Assembly: GCA_963705505.1 (NCBI GenBank)
Contig: CAVPJU010000003.1
Coordinates: 224,001-288,000, forward strand
Origin: an uncultured bacterium
Lineage (GTDB): Bacteria; Desulfobacterota_D; UBA1144; Nemesobacterales; UBA2774
Direction: 5' to 3'
Length of the DNA stretch: 64,000 bases
Below the pieces are notes generated by a model that saw only the letters and a program-made list of their open reading frames with translations, was not told the origin of the DNA and made no database searches. Below, piece after piece: positions 9,189 to 19,630 of the stretch. The first letter of the stretch is position 1; each line of letters starts with the position of its first letter. The position numbers and the translations under genes are program-made.

Positions 9189-10289
9189 ATGAACGAAACA
9201 GAAACAAAGCCGTCCTTTAAAAAAAAGCTCTGCCTTGTGCTCATAAGCGTTTTTTTTACACTCGTCGTCCTCGAAAGCGCGACCCGTATCTGGCTCGACT
9301 TCATAGCTCCTGAAGATGTGAGCTTAGAGTATTCGCTCTATTCATATCTCAGTCCCGACAATCAGAGGTACGCGCGCCACCACTATCTGAACTATTACCC
9401 GAACCCGAAATATAAAAGAGAGAAAACCCACCATAACTCCCTCGGCTACAGGAACAACGAATTCCCCGCAAAAAAGCCGGAAGGAGTTTTCAGGATAGTG
9501 ATATTGGGCGGATCGACGACCTACAACATCGGAATCGATGACAACGACAAAACTGTCACCGCGCAGCTCGAGAGGATACTGAGGGAGGAATACGGGTATA
9601 AGAACGTGGAGGTCATAAATGCGGGCGTCGGAGGATATAATTCCTGGGAAACCCTTATAAACCTCGAGTTCCGCGTTCTCGACATCGACCCCGACCTTAT
9701 AATAGAATACGAAGGCACGAACGACGTACATGCGCGGTTTGTCGATCCCGCCTCTTATAAGGGGGACGATTCGGGACGGAGGAAGCAGTGGGACCCCCCT
9801 TCGATCTTCTTCCTCGAGCACAGCGCTCTTTTCCGTGTGATACTGAGAAAATTGGGCGTTACGCAGCAGGTCGGAATCGGAAACTTCATCACCCCGAAGA
9901 CAGCGTACGGCCCGGTGTCGGTAGCCAAACACAACCCTATGGAGCTCTTGAAAAAAAACCCGCCCATATATTACAGAAGGAACCTGAACAATATGGTAGC
10001 CATAGCAAAGGCCAACGACGTGGACATCATGTTCGTGACGTGGGCCTATTCCCCGTATCTCGACGACTACGCGTCAACCCCGTATTATCAGAAGGGTTTC
10101 GAAGAGAACAACGAGGTCATGAAGGAAGTCGCCGCGAGCAACGGCATCCCGTTATTCGATTTTGCATCTGTTATGCCCAAAGACAAGAAATACTGGCACG
10201 ACGGTCGGCATGTCAACGAGCTTGGGGCTGAAAAGCAGGCCGAGCTAATCGCCGAGTTCATCGAGAAAAACAGCCTTATAAAGAAATAG
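9189..10289 (+). CDS. Membrane-anchored SGNH/GDSL hydrolase-family protein
   Basis: N-terminal TM; NSLGYR; RIVILGGSTT; EVINAGVGGY; GTND; DGRH. Confidence 0.8.
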   Translation: MNETETKPSFKKKLCLVLISVFFTLVVLESATRIWLDFIAPEDVSLEYSLYSYLSPDNQRYARHHYLNYYPNPKYKREKTHHNSLGYRNNEFPAKKPEGVFRIVILGGSTTYNIGIDDNDKTVTAQLERILREEYGYKNVEVINAGVGGYNSWETLINLEFRVLDIDPDLIIEYEGTNDVHARFVDPASYKGDDSGRRKQWDPPSIFFLEHSALFRVILRKLGVTQQVGIGNFITPKTAYGPVSVAKHNPMELLKKNPPIYYRRNLNNMVAIAKANDVDIMFVTWAYSPYLDDYASTPYYQKGFEENNEVMKEVAASNGIPLFDFASVMPKDKKYWHDGRHVNELGAEKQAELIAEFIEKNSLIKK

Positions 10290-10309
10290 AACGGGCTGAT
10301 ACACCAGTA

Positions 10310-11629
10310 TCAGAGACTTTGCTCCCCCGCTTTTTTCATAAGATATCCGAATACGACGAAGGATAGCGCGGACTTTATCACTGCAAACCCCAGAAACGCG
10401 AGCGCGGCGCCGACATAAGAGTAAGGGGGAACAAGAATCAACATAAGCGCCAGATAAACTACTGTGGTAACAACATAAAATGCAGTCCTTATACCGGGCT
10501 TCCCCATGGAAAGAAGCGCCGGATTAATCCAGTATGTATACCTCGCTATGAGCACTCCCAAGGCGAGTATTCTGAGCGCGTTCGTAGCGGGCACGTACTC
10601 CTCACCGAAAACTATCCGGACTATAGGCCCCGCGAATACGATAATTAAGAGCGTTATCGGCACGATAAGCTTCATCAGGTTCTTCGTCGATTCTTTTATG
10701 AAACTCTTGAACTCCTCCATAGCATTCATAGTAGTAAATTTAATAAGCTCCGGGAAGATAGCCTCGTAAAGCGTATCCACGATACGGTTTACTATCTGGG
10801 AAACCGAATTCGCTATTCTATAAAAACCCACTGCGTCCTTCCCGGCAAAAAAGCCGAGCACCATTATCCCCAGGTACTTGTCGCTGCCTGTCTTGAGAGT
10901 CGCCATGATACTCGTATTGCCCAGGAACCACACGATCTCCTTCCACTGACCCTTTATCAGGAAGATATCGGCAGTAAGCCAGTTCCCGAGGTTTTTTTCG
11001 CGGAGCGTACTCCCGACGGCCCACATCCTCACCGCGACGGCAATAAAGTTCGACAGGATCAAGCCGTACAAGGCCCCTTTTATTCCCAATCCCATAAGGA
11101 GCAGGACAGCTACAAGTACAAGCTGCGTCAGGTTCTCGAGTGAATTTATTACGGCAATCTTCTTATACTTTTCAAACACCCTCAGTATTGCGTCGGATGT
11201 CAGTTTGGCAGTTTCTATAAACAGACCCAGGGCATAGATCCAGATATAGATATAGGCCTCGGGCGAGTGAATCACGTATTTGCTTATTAGCTTTGCGGTC
11301 ACAATCGCGATGACGAAAGAAACAGCGCCGCTCGCCACATCGAGGAAATACGAGAGCTTAATCATCGAGAGGGTTTTGTCCGTCTCCCCCTGCTCCCAGT
11401 ATGACCCTATATACTTGACAGCCGTTTCCCAGACCCTGACGTCGAAGAATTGATTCATCATTGCTATATATGCAATGACGAGCTGAAGCAAACCGTAGTC
11501 GGTCACCCCCAGGAACCTTGCCAGAATAACCGTCTGGAGCGCCGCAAAACCCCCGGCCGCCGCCTTGCCGCTGAAGAGCCAGGAAGCGTTTAAAAATAGT
11601 TTTTTCTGAATGCTGCGAGATTCAGTCAT
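10310..11629 (-). CDS. Oligosaccharide flippase (Wzx/PST family)
   Basis: About 12 TM segments; ILARFLGVTDYG; VGFYRIA; FGEEY..A...LRIL. Confidence 0.85.
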   Translation of the reverse strand: MTESRSIQKKLFLNASWLFSGKAAAGGFAALQTVILARFLGVTDYGLLQLVIAYIAMMNQFFDVRVWETAVKYIGSYWEQGETDKTLSMIKLSYFLDVASGAVSFVIAIVTAKLISKYVIHSPEAYIYIWIYALGLFIETAKLTSDAILRVFEKYKKIAVINSLENLTQLVLVAVLLLMGLGIKGALYGLILSNFIAVAVRMWAVGSTLREKNLGNWLTADIFLIKGQWKEIVWFLGNTSIMATLKTGSDKYLGIMVLGFFAGKDAVGFYRIANSVSQIVNRIVDTLYEAIFPELIKFTTMNAMEEFKSFIKESTKNLMKLIVPITLLIIVFAGPIVRIVFGEEYVPATNALRILALGVLIARYTYWINPALLSMGKPGIRTAFYVVTTVVYLALMLILVPPYSYVGAALAFLGFAVIKSALSFVVFGYLMKKAGEQSL

Positions 11630-11649
11630 GAGGCGCGACGTGAGACCGG

Positions 11650-12840
11650 CTAGTGTGATTTCCCCTTAACCGCATTCTTCAATGCATTGACATAATTATT
11701 TATCATCCCGTCTTCCGTATGAAATTCCCTCACCATTTCCCTGCCGCTTTCTCCAATCATGCGGGCTTTTTCCGGGTCCCTCAGGAGAGACTTCACGGCA
11801 TCCGCAATATCCGCCACGCTTTCAGGGTCGACAAGGATACCGGTCACGCCGTTTTTCACTGCTTCAGCCGACCCTCCGTGATTACCGGCTACCACCGGCT
11901 TCCCCCTCGCGCTCGCCTCGAGGAGCGCGTTGGGAAGACCCTCTATCTTATTATCCCAGTACCTGCTCGGCATTACGAATACGTCCGAGAGGTCTATGTA
12001 ATCGATTATTTCGTCGTGATTAACGCCCCCCGTAAATATAACGGAATCACCTACGCCCGTATCCTCGGCGAGCTCCCCGAACTTCTCTTTGAACCTCCCC
12101 TCCCCCACGACCAGATAGACGACGTCGGGGAATTCTTCTTTTATCATTGGGAGGGCCCTTATCACCATATCCTGACCCTTCCTCGGGAGCACTCTCGCAA
12201 CAGTAAGAATGACCTTCGCCCCGTCGTGTATTCCGTACTTCGCTCTGAGACCGCGTAATTTTTCCTTGTCCGGCCCTTTAGACAGCAGTTCCTCACCGAC
12301 TCCGTTATATATGACCGTTATCCTGCCGCCGGGAACGCCGACGCTCTCCAGGAGCTGCTTGGTATTTTTGCTGACCGCAATGATGACGCCTGCATGTCCG
12401 TAGAGCCTCCTCATCGGGAACCTCATCATCCTTTTCAGTAATCTACTTCCGTAAAAACACGTGGTGATACCCGAGCCCGCAACGCGGACCGCCGGCATGA
12501 ACGAAATACCGGGAACAAGACCCCCGGCGGCTTCGGCCTCTTCGGTTATAAACAGTACGACATCCGGTTTTTCATTGCGGAGAGCCAGCATCAGGAAAAG
12601 CCATCCGAGCAGAATGTCGGCGTGCGGGAGAGCCTTTATCCATTTACTGCCGAGACCCGGGATCCTGATCACACGGCATCCGAGCCGCCGGTCAACCTCA
12701 ACGTCGTCCCGGCCGTAACCGGGCGCAAGCACGACCGCCTCGATTCCCGAGCCGGAAATACCCTTCGCAAGCTTTAAGCTCGTAGTCGCCAGACCTCCCA
12801 GATAGGGGGGAAACTCATGGGTATAAATAAGGACTTTCAT
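11650..12840 (-). CDS. Glycosyltransferase family 4
   Basis: EFPPYLGG, IIAVSKNT, VIYNGV, ARVLPRKG, DVFVMPS...EGLPNALLEA (EX7E). Confidence 0.9.
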   Translation of the reverse strand: MKVLIYTHEFPPYLGGLATTSLKLAKGISGSGIEAVVLAPGYGRDDVEVDRRLGCRVIRIPGLGSKWIKALPHADILLGWLFLMLALRNEKPDVVLFITEEAEAAGGLVPGISFMPAVRVAGSGITTCFYGSRLLKRMMRFPMRRLYGHAGVIIAVSKNTKQLLESVGVPGGRITVIYNGVGEELLSKGPDKEKLRGLRAKYGIHDGAKVILTVARVLPRKGQDMVIRALPMIKEEFPDVVYLVVGEGRFKEKFGELAEDTGVGDSVIFTGGVNHDEIIDYIDLSDVFVMPSRYWDNKIEGLPNALLEASARGKPVVAGNHGGSAEAVKNGVTGILVDPESVADIADAVKSLLRDPEKARMIGESGREMVREFHTEDGMINNYVNALKNAVKGKSH

Positions 12841-13017
12841 CAAACGCCGTCATGCATAATCTGTTATAGCGATATCGAATATTATGAGCATGTATTATTG
12901 CACTTTATTTTATAATACACTATATTTCGTTTTAGATTTTCCGTTAGAGACAGCGTTCGAACGACGGGGGGAGTAGAATAAATAACTCGTCCGAAAGTCT
13001 AAACCCGGGAGGGTGTT

Positions 13018-13263
13018 ATGAATGAGCTTGAAACCCAGTTGATCGATATCCTTTGCAGGGGCACCGGCCAGGGGAACACCAACACAGATAGACTCACGCA
13101 GACAATCATGGAATTAAACCCCGGCCTCGACTATAATCAGGCGAAGATAAAAGTAGTCGAGGCGTTGAACGACCTCAAGGACAAGGGCCAGATTCAGATA
13201 ATAACCATCAACTGGGAACTCGGGGATGAATTCCTATATATCTGTACCAACATAATCGAATAA
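13018..13263 (+). CDS. Small hypothetical protein, possibly winged-helix
   Basis: 81 aa with a GGGAGG SD; the pattern ...VVEALNDLKDKGQI is followed by a beta-like tail. Confidence 0.65.
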   Translation: MNELETQLIDILCRGTGQGNTNTDRLTQTIMELNPGLDYNQAKIKVVEALNDLKDKGQIQIITINWELGDEFLYICTNIIE

Positions 13264-13314
13264 ATCCGGCCCCACACTTGCAGTGAGCCTTTTTAGTTAT
13301 AGACGGAGATCTTA

Positions 13315-13641
13315 ATGCCGACACTCGACTATATAAGGATCGTGGGGATATCGGATATAACGTCCGGCGGTCACGCCCCTTGCGACGTAACCTTCAATAT
13401 AGAGTACTCCGGGGATGCGGAATTCAGCGTCCCGATGATGGGGACTATAACGATAAGGCTTACCGAGCTTGTCGATACGACTGGGCTCGGATACGGGGAG
13501 ATAGAAAAAATCGCTTCACGCCTCGTAAGACAGGTGCTGGTCAGGGAAAAGGACAAGGACGGATCGATAATCATACTGCATATTCTCGGACTGCCTCTCG
13601 ATGAATGGCTGAGGATGAATATACCCTTCTTAAGGCAGTGA
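13315..13641 (+). CDS. Hypothetical protein
   Basis: 108 aa with a GGAG SD; co-oriented with the previous ORF and fills the gap. Confidence 0.65.
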   Translation: MPTLDYIRIVGISDITSGGHAPCDVTFNIEYSGDAEFSVPMMGTITIRLTELVDTTGLGYGEIEKIASRLVRQVLVREKDKDGSIIILHILGLPLDEWLRMNIPFLRQ

Positions 13642-13714
13642 AATTTAAAAAAACAAGAAACTAAGCGGAATTCTTAACCCCGCAAATACCAATTATCCAT
13701 AAACACATAATCCC

Positions 13715-13744
13715 TTTACAAATCCTAAATTAATCGTGTATAAT
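13715..13744 (+). promoter_or_regulatory. Putative sigma70 promoter of the LysM-NlpC/P60 gene
   Basis: TTTACA-N18-TATAAT in an AT-rich intergenic region. Confidence 0.45.
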
Positions 13745-13875
13745 CTCTCCCAGCTAATTTTAAGTAGTTTACTTAGTTCTTTGAAAACCTAGACCAAAAA
13801 GCATGACCGGATCTCGGGGCTTAATTCCGGGATTGATGTTCTATTAGGATTTTTGTCTCTGCAGGAGGTATGGGT

Positions 13876-16605
13876 ATGGTACTTAGGAATTCCTTAATTA
13901 TACTTATCGCTCTTCTCCTTCCGGCAACTTCTCTAGCGGCCAAAAAATACGTGGTGAAGAAAGGAGATAACCTTTATGATTTATCCACGAAGCTCGGGGT
14001 TTCAGTAGATGAATTAAAATCAACAAACAATCTGGAAAACGACAGGCTCGATATAGGCGATGTGTTAACAATCGATGACTCTGTTAGTACAGAGAAAACA
14101 GACGAGAACATCGCTCGCAGCACTAATAAAGAATATTTCGTAAGGAACGGTGATACGCTAGGTGAGATAGCGGGAAAATACGGCGTATCCGCCGAAGACT
14201 TACAAGAAGCAAACGATTTAAAAACCACAAACTTACAAATCGGACAAAAACTCTTAATCCCTCCTTTAAATTCCGAATCCGTCGCAGTCAAGGCTGCTGA
14301 AGTTCCGACGAAAGCCGAAACAAGCGTTGAGGCCGCCGGCAAAGAGCCTGACTCCGTAAAAAGTCCTTCCGCAGTTCCGGCTGAATACGCAGTCCAAAAG
14401 GGCGATACACTTGGGCATATTGCGCTCAAATTCAACGTATCGAGCGGGGACATTAAGAAGGCCAACGGACTCAAAAACGACAAGCTGCAGATAGGTCAAA
14501 CACTCAGAATCCCCGCACCCGATGAAACCGCAGAGGCCGGGCAGGCTCAGGCGGTCAAGGTTGCAGCCGCCGATACATCAGTACGGACGGAAAGCGGTTA
14601 TTACCTCGTCCAAAAAGGCGATACGCCGGGCGAGATCGCCGAGAAACTCGGCGTCGGAACCGATGAATTAATAAAATTAAACAACCTCAACAGCAAGACC
14701 CTCCGGATAGGGCAGAGACTTATTGTTCCCGGGTCTCAACCGCAAGCAGCGGCACGCGATACCGTAAAAACCGCCGCCGCGGAATCCCAAGATAACATCC
14801 AGGAAACAAAAGAGGTGCGGAACCCCGGAACGGCAAAAGTCACGCAGGCGCAATACGTCGTCCAAAAGGGCGATACGCCCGGCGAGATCGCCGGAAAACT
14901 CGGCGTGAGCACGGATGAATTAATAACGCTCAACAACCTCGACAGCAATAAACTCCGGATCGGCCAAGTACTCACGGTTCCGGGAGCTCAATCAGAAAAC
15001 AGCAAAGAAGCCGTCTCCCCTGATACGGGGACTGAAGCCGCAAACCGGGACGAAGCTGCGGACAGACCGGAAATCCGGGAAGAAATACCTTCGGAATATA
15101 CCGTAAAGAAGGGCGACACGCTCTGCGACCTCGCTAAAAAATTCGGGGTATCCGTAGGTAGCATTAAGAAGAGCAACGATCTCAGAACCGACAACCTGAG
15201 GATCGGACAAAAACTCGCCCTGAATGTATCGGGGACTCCGGTAGCCGCGCAAGAGACAGGACAGGATACGGACAAAAAGGCCCGGTCCGTGCCGGAAGCT
15301 GAAAAAACGACGACAGCGAAATATACCCAGCAATACACAGTGAGAAGAGGCGACACTATAGGGCATCTCGCTATCAAATTCGGGGTTTCGCAGGGCGACC
15401 TGAAAAAAGCGAACGGACTCAGGAGCAACAGCTTGAGGGCGGGCCAGGTGCTGATGGTCCCCGGAACGGAAGCCACCGCAGAAACCGAAGATATCGTCGT
15501 CAGGGAAACCGCGCCCGAACCCGTGAGCGAGAAGATATATATTAAGAAAAGATACGTCGTTAAGGCGGGCGACTCTCTGAGCAGCATCGCAAACGGCTTC
15601 GGCGTCACCGTCGCGGAAATCAAAAAAGCAAGCGCTCTCAAAAACGACATAATAAACAAGGGCGACATACTATTGATACCTGTCCCGCAGGGAAAGGTCG
15701 CTTCTTCGAATTATAAATACACTGTCGCTACGGGTGACTCACTCGGCAAAATCAGCAAGAAATTCGGCGTTTCCCTAAGAGAGCTCAGGGACATAAACGG
15801 ACTTGCCGCCGATAATATCCGTGTCGGCATGAAACTGAATATTCCCGGACTGTATTCCCCCGAGGCCTCGGAAAGCCCGGCGGAGAACATAGGAGCGGCT
15901 TCTTCCCAGAAAGCAGAGTATGTTGTAAAGCAGGGAGATTCTCTCGGCCGTGTAGCCCGACGCTTCGGAGTTACGATTAAAGCACTCAAGCGAGAGAACA
16001 ACATCAAGGGGAATTCAATAAATGCCGGACAGGTTCTTTATATCCCCGGCTCCAGCCGCCAGGAAACCGAATACCTAGCCGTAACGAAAGCAAATATAGT
16101 TCAAGATTCTAACGGCCGTCTGAACACCGCAAACGGCCAGTCCCAATACTCGGAGCCGCAGGTTCAAAACGGAAGGTTCTCAAAAGAGAGCATCATACAG
16201 GTGGCAAAGAGGTACCTTGGGGCGCCCTACAAGTTCGGAGGTTATGACCTCACGACGGGAATTGACTGTTCGGGATACGTGAAAAAAATATTCAGCAGAT
16301 TTAACGTCTACCTGCCCAGGACGGCAAGAGACATTTATTACAGCGCCGGCTCGAGTGTAACAAAAAGCAATCTCGATACCGGTGACCTGGTATTCTTCCA
16401 CACATATGCGAAATACCCTTCACACGTCGGGATATACATAGGGAACGACGAGTTCATCCATGCTTCCTCCGCGTCCCGCATGGTAACCATAGACAGCATG
16501 AACAAGGAGTATTACAGAGCGCGCTACATTGGCGCAAAGAGGATTGCGCTGTCAGGCTTATTTTATGACGAGCTGTCCAAGGATTATGCGGGGTTCGAGA
16601 ATTAG
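13876..16605 (+). CDS. Secreted peptidoglycan endopeptidase: 10 LysM domains plus a C-terminal NlpC/P60 domain
   Basis: Signal peptide; ten YxVxxGD...I/L...FGVS...L...N.L....L.IGQ.L.IP repeats; GAPYKFGG...IDCSG...HVGIYIG...FIHASS. The AGGAGG SD favours the ATG at 13876. Confidence 0.93.
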   Translation: MVLRNSLIILIALLLPATSLAAKKYVVKKGDNLYDLSTKLGVSVDELKSTNNLENDRLDIGDVLTIDDSVSTEKTDENIARSTNKEYFVRNGDTLGEIAGKYGVSAEDLQEANDLKTTNLQIGQKLLIPPLNSESVAVKAAEVPTKAETSVEAAGKEPDSVKSPSAVPAEYAVQKGDTLGHIALKFNVSSGDIKKANGLKNDKLQIGQTLRIPAPDETAEAGQAQAVKVAAADTSVRTESGYYLVQKGDTPGEIAEKLGVGTDELIKLNNLNSKTLRIGQRLIVPGSQPQAAARDTVKTAAAESQDNIQETKEVRNPGTAKVTQAQYVVQKGDTPGEIAGKLGVSTDELITLNNLDSNKLRIGQVLTVPGAQSENSKEAVSPDTGTEAANRDEAADRPEIREEIPSEYTVKKGDTLCDLAKKFGVSVGSIKKSNDLRTDNLRIGQKLALNVSGTPVAAQETGQDTDKKARSVPEAEKTTTAKYTQQYTVRRGDTIGHLAIKFGVSQGDLKKANGLRSNSLRAGQVLMVPGTEATAETEDIVVRETAPEPVSEKIYIKKRYVVKAGDSLSSIANGFGVTVAEIKKASALKNDIINKGDILLIPVPQGKVASSNYKYTVATGDSLGKISKKFGVSLRELRDINGLAADNIRVGMKLNIPGLYSPEASESPAENIGAASSQKAEYVVKQGDSLGRVARRFGVTIKALKRENNIKGNSINAGQVLYIPGSSRQETEYLAVTKANIVQDSNGRLNTANGQSQYSEPQVQNGRFSKESIIQVAKRYLGAPYKFGGYDLTTGIDCSGYVKKIFSRFNVYLPRTARDIYYSAGSSVTKSNLDTGDLVFFHTYAKYPSHVGIYIGNDEFIHASSASRMVTIDSMNKEYYRARYIGAKRIALSGLFYDELSKDYAGFEN
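14607..14966 (+). repeat. Near-identical DNA duplication encoding LysM repeats 4 and 5
   Basis: cgtccaaaaaggcgatacgccgggcgagatcgccgagaaactcggcgt (from 14607) versus cgtccaaaagggcgatacgcccggcgagatcgccggaaaactcggcgt (from 14859); similarity continues through gatgaattaata...aacaacctc...ctccggat. Confidence 0.85.
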
Positions 16606-16673
16606 GCCATGTCAAGTTAAACATTATAAGGCATCCTCGTTGCATAAAATTAGCTGAGGACAGCAATTATTAT

Positions 16674-16698
16674 AAGCCGGGAACCGCGTTCCGGCTTT
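16674..16698 (+). terminator. Possible intrinsic terminator hairpin after the LysM gene
   Basis: AAGCCGGGAAC-cgc-GTTCCGGCTT stem with only a short T tract. Confidence 0.4.
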
Positions 16699-16764
16699 GC
16701 TACCCTAAATAACACCGTCCATTGAAAGATAAGAAGTGCTGTTTATATTATAGAGATTAATATC

Positions 16765-17661
16765 ATGGACCAGCTCGTTCAAAATTTCAGGGATTATTTA
16801 AGTTCCGAAAGAAACTATTCAAAACACACAGTTAAGGCGTACATAACCGACATCGGCGAGTTCTGCCGCTTGATAAAAGAAAAAAAGTTGATCGACGATA
16901 AAGAAGGCCGTATAGATCTCGAAAAGCTCGACGAAACCCCGGTGAGGGCGTACATAAGCTGGCTCTATACCAGAAACTCGAGGACATCCATATCGAGGAA
17001 GCTGGCATCTGTGAGGACTTTCTTCGAGTTTTTAATAAGGAAAGGGGCGGTTAAAAATAACCTCGCAAAGCTCGTGCCCACGCCTCACGGAGAAAAGAGG
17101 CTCCCGACATTCCTCACTGTAGACGAAGTCGTCAAGCTTCTCGATATAGAGGGTTCGGGAGGAGCGCTTACCTTACGCGATATCGCAATACTCGAGCTCC
17201 TTTACTCAAGCGGCCTCCGGGTGAGCGAGCTCGTGGGGATCAATTTAAACGACCTCGATCTCGACAACCTTACGGTCAAGGTCCTGGGGAAGGGGAACAA
17301 GGAAAGGATCGTCCCCGTAGGCTCCAAGGCGGCCCAGGCGCTCAGGGAATATTTACACGCCAGGCTCGGCATGAATCCCGCAGCAGAACATTTATTCGTC
17401 AATTCCAGGGGCGGCAGGCTCAATGTCAGGAGTGTGGACAGAATAATCAAAAAATACGCCGTGCTTGCCGGGATACCTAAAAACGTGAGCCCTCACGTGC
17501 TCAGACATACGTTCGCGACACACCTTCTGGGGGGAGGCGCAGACCTCAGGGCAATACAGGAGATGCTCGGTCATAAGAGCCTCTCGACCACACAGAGATA
17601 CACGCATACGTCGATTGAAAAATTAATGGAAATTTACGATAAGACACACCCGAGAGCATAA
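16765..17661 (+). CDS. xerC: Tyrosine recombinase XerC
   Basis: [35 protein letters not shown]...TTQRY; directly upstream of hslVU. Confidence 0.88.
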   Translation: MDQLVQNFRDYLSSERNYSKHTVKAYITDIGEFCRLIKEKKLIDDKEGRIDLEKLDETPVRAYISWLYTRNSRTSISRKLASVRTFFEFLIRKGAVKNNLAKLVPTPHGEKRLPTFLTVDEVVKLLDIEGSGGALTLRDIAILELLYSSGLRVSELVGINLNDLDLDNLTVKVLGKGNKERIVPVGSKAAQALREYLHARLGMNPAAEHLFVNSRGGRLNVRSVDRIIKKYAVLAGIPKNVSPHVLRHTFATHLLGGGADLRAIQEMLGHKSLSTTQRYTHTSIEKLMEIYDKTHPRA

Positions 17662-17663
17662 TT

Positions 17664-18200
17664 ATGGAAAACTTCCACGGAACAACAATACTTTGCGTAA
17701 AGATCGGAGACAAGGTCGCGATGGCCGGGGACGGTCAGGTAACGCTCGGTCATGCCGCCGTTAAGCACTCCGCCAAAAAGGTAAGAAAGATATTCGAGGG
17801 GAAGGTGCTTGTGGGGTTCTCAGGGGCTACGGCAGACGCCATGACCCTCTTTGACAAGTTCGAGGCCAAACTAGAGGAGTTCAGAGGGAACCTCAAGAGG
17901 GCTGCCGTAGAGCTCGCAAGGGACTGGAGGACCGACCGGATACTGAGGAGGCTCGAAGCGCTACTGGCTGTAGCCGATAAAGAGAGCATGTTCCTCATAT
18001 CAGGGAGCGGGGACGTGCTCGAGCCCGACGATAACGTCGTTGCGGTCGGCTCGGGGGGCTCTTACGCCCAGGCAGCCGCAAAAGCGCTTTCCAGACACTC
18101 ACAGCTGAGCGCAAGGGAAATCGCGGAGGAGTCCCTGAAAATCGCGTCCGAAATATGCATTTACACTAACGACAAAATCACCGTAGAGGAACTTCAATAA
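17664..18200 (+). CDS. hslV: ATP-dependent protease subunit HslV
   Basis: Short propeptide then TTILCV...[25 protein letters not shown]. Confidence 0.97.
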   Translation: MENFHGTTILCVKIGDKVAMAGDGQVTLGHAAVKHSAKKVRKIFEGKVLVGFSGATADAMTLFDKFEAKLEEFRGNLKRAAVELARDWRTDRILRRLEALLAVADKESMFLISGSGDVLEPDDNVVAVGSGGSYAQAAAKALSRHSQLSAREIAEESLKIASEICIYTNDKITVEELQ

Positions 18201-18201
18201 A

Positions 18202-19533
18202 ATGAGCAGCGAAACATTTTTCACTCCGAGAGAGATCGTCTCAGAGCTCGACAGGTACATCATCGGTCAGAATAAGGCAAAGCGAGCAGTGTCGATCGCT
18301 CTCCGCAACAGGTGGAGGCGCCAGCGCGTATCCCCCGAGCTAAAGGATGAAATCGCGCCCAAGAACATACTCATGATAGGCCCTACGGGAGTAGGTAAAA
18401 CCGAGATCGCAAGAAGGCTCGCAAAGCTCGCCCAAGCCCCGTTCCTTAAGGTCGAGGCGTCGAAATTCACGGAAGTAGGCTACGTGGGCAGGGACGTCGA
18501 GTCGATGATAAGAGACCTCGCCGACATAGCCATAAAAATGGTAACCGACGAAGAGAAGCATACGGTCAGGGCGAAAGCCGAAGACCAGGCCGAAGAAAGG
18601 ATGCTCGACCTCCTGTTCCCGACGGGGACGGGCTCGGAGACGCCGTCCGATACGAGCGGCGAGACGAGAGAGAAATTACGGAAGCTGCTCAGGGAAGGCA
18701 GGCTCGACGAAAGGTTCGTCGACATAGAGGTCACTTCAAAGAATTTCCCCATACAGGTGTTCTCCCCGACGGGTCTTGAGGAGATGGACGTAAACATCTC
18801 GGATATGCTCGGGAATCTTTTCCCGAAAAAAACAAAGAAGAGAAAGGTCAAGGTTCCCGATGCTATGGAAGTGCTCATCCAGGAAGAAGCGCAGAAGCTC
18901 ATCGATATGGACAACGTCGTCAAAATGGCGATCGACCGGGTCGAGCAGTCGGGGATAATATTCATAGACGAGATCGACAAGGTCGCGGGGCGGGAGAGCA
19001 CGGCAGGGCCGGACGTCTCGCGTGAAGGTGTGCAGAGGGACCTGCTTCCGATAATAGAAGGCTGCACCGTGAACACGAAGCACGGAATGGTGAGGACCGA
19101 TCACATATTATTCATCGGCGCGGGCGCATTCCACGTATCGAAGCCTTCGGACCTGATTCCCGAGCTCCAGGGCAGATTCCCTATAAGGGTCGAGCTTGAG
19201 CCCCTTACGACAGAGGACTTTGTAAATATCTTGACTCAGCCCAAGAACGCCCTCATAAAGCAGTACACGGAGCTCCTGAACACCGAAAAGATAGAACTCA
19301 CTTTCAAGGAAGACGCTATCCGGGAAATAGCCGAGACCGCTCAGACCGTCAACGAATCCACCGAGAACATAGGGGCGAGGAGGCTCCATACCATAATGGA
19401 GAGAATGCTCGACGATATTTCGTTCAACGCGCCAGACATGGCCGAGCAGAGTATAGTGATCGACGCGGCATACGTGAGGGAAAAGATCGCCGATATAGTC
19501 AAAGACAGAGACCTGAGCAGATATATCTTATAA
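18202..19533 (+). CDS. hslU: ATP-dependent protease ATPase subunit HslU
   Basis: [46 protein letters not shown]-terminal DLSRYIL. Confidence 0.98.
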   Translation: MSSETFFTPREIVSELDRYIIGQNKAKRAVSIALRNRWRRQRVSPELKDEIAPKNILMIGPTGVGKTEIARRLAKLAQAPFLKVEASKFTEVGYVGRDVESMIRDLADIAIKMVTDEEKHTVRAKAEDQAEERMLDLLFPTGTGSETPSDTSGETREKLRKLLREGRLDERFVDIEVTSKNFPIQVFSPTGLEEMDVNISDMLGNLFPKKTKKRKVKVPDAMEVLIQEEAQKLIDMDNVVKMAIDRVEQSGIIFIDEIDKVAGRESTAGPDVSREGVQRDLLPIIEGCTVNTKHGMVRTDHILFIGAGAFHVSKPSDLIPELQGRFPIRVELEPLTTEDFVNILTQPKNALIKQYTELLNTEKIELTFKEDAIREIAETAQTVNESTENIGARRLHTIMERMLDDISFNAPDMAEQSIVIDAAYVREKIADIVKDRDLSRYIL

Positions 19534-19630
19534 GATCGCCCGTTAGCTCAATCGATTTGAGTACGAGTGAGCGTTATAGCCCGGACCTAAAGCTAAAGAA
19601 ATAGAATCGAACGATCACTTCACTGCAAAG

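Noticed and set aside
13876..16050. Repetitive DNA that could suggest a CRISPR array or tandem repeat locus
   Set aside because: The repeats are in-frame LysM coding units with degenerate third positions; there are no identical repeats with unique spacers and no cas genes.
16765..17661. Tyrosine recombinase as a possible phage or island integrase
   Set aside because: The sequence and the xerC-hslV-hslU context indicate housekeeping XerC; no att repeats, cargo genes or dif-like site were recognised.
19535..19580. GCCCGTTAGCTCAATCG after hslU resembles a tRNA 5' end
   Set aside because: No anticodon arm, T-loop (GTTCRA) or acceptor complement follows; probably just a hairpin between convergent genes.
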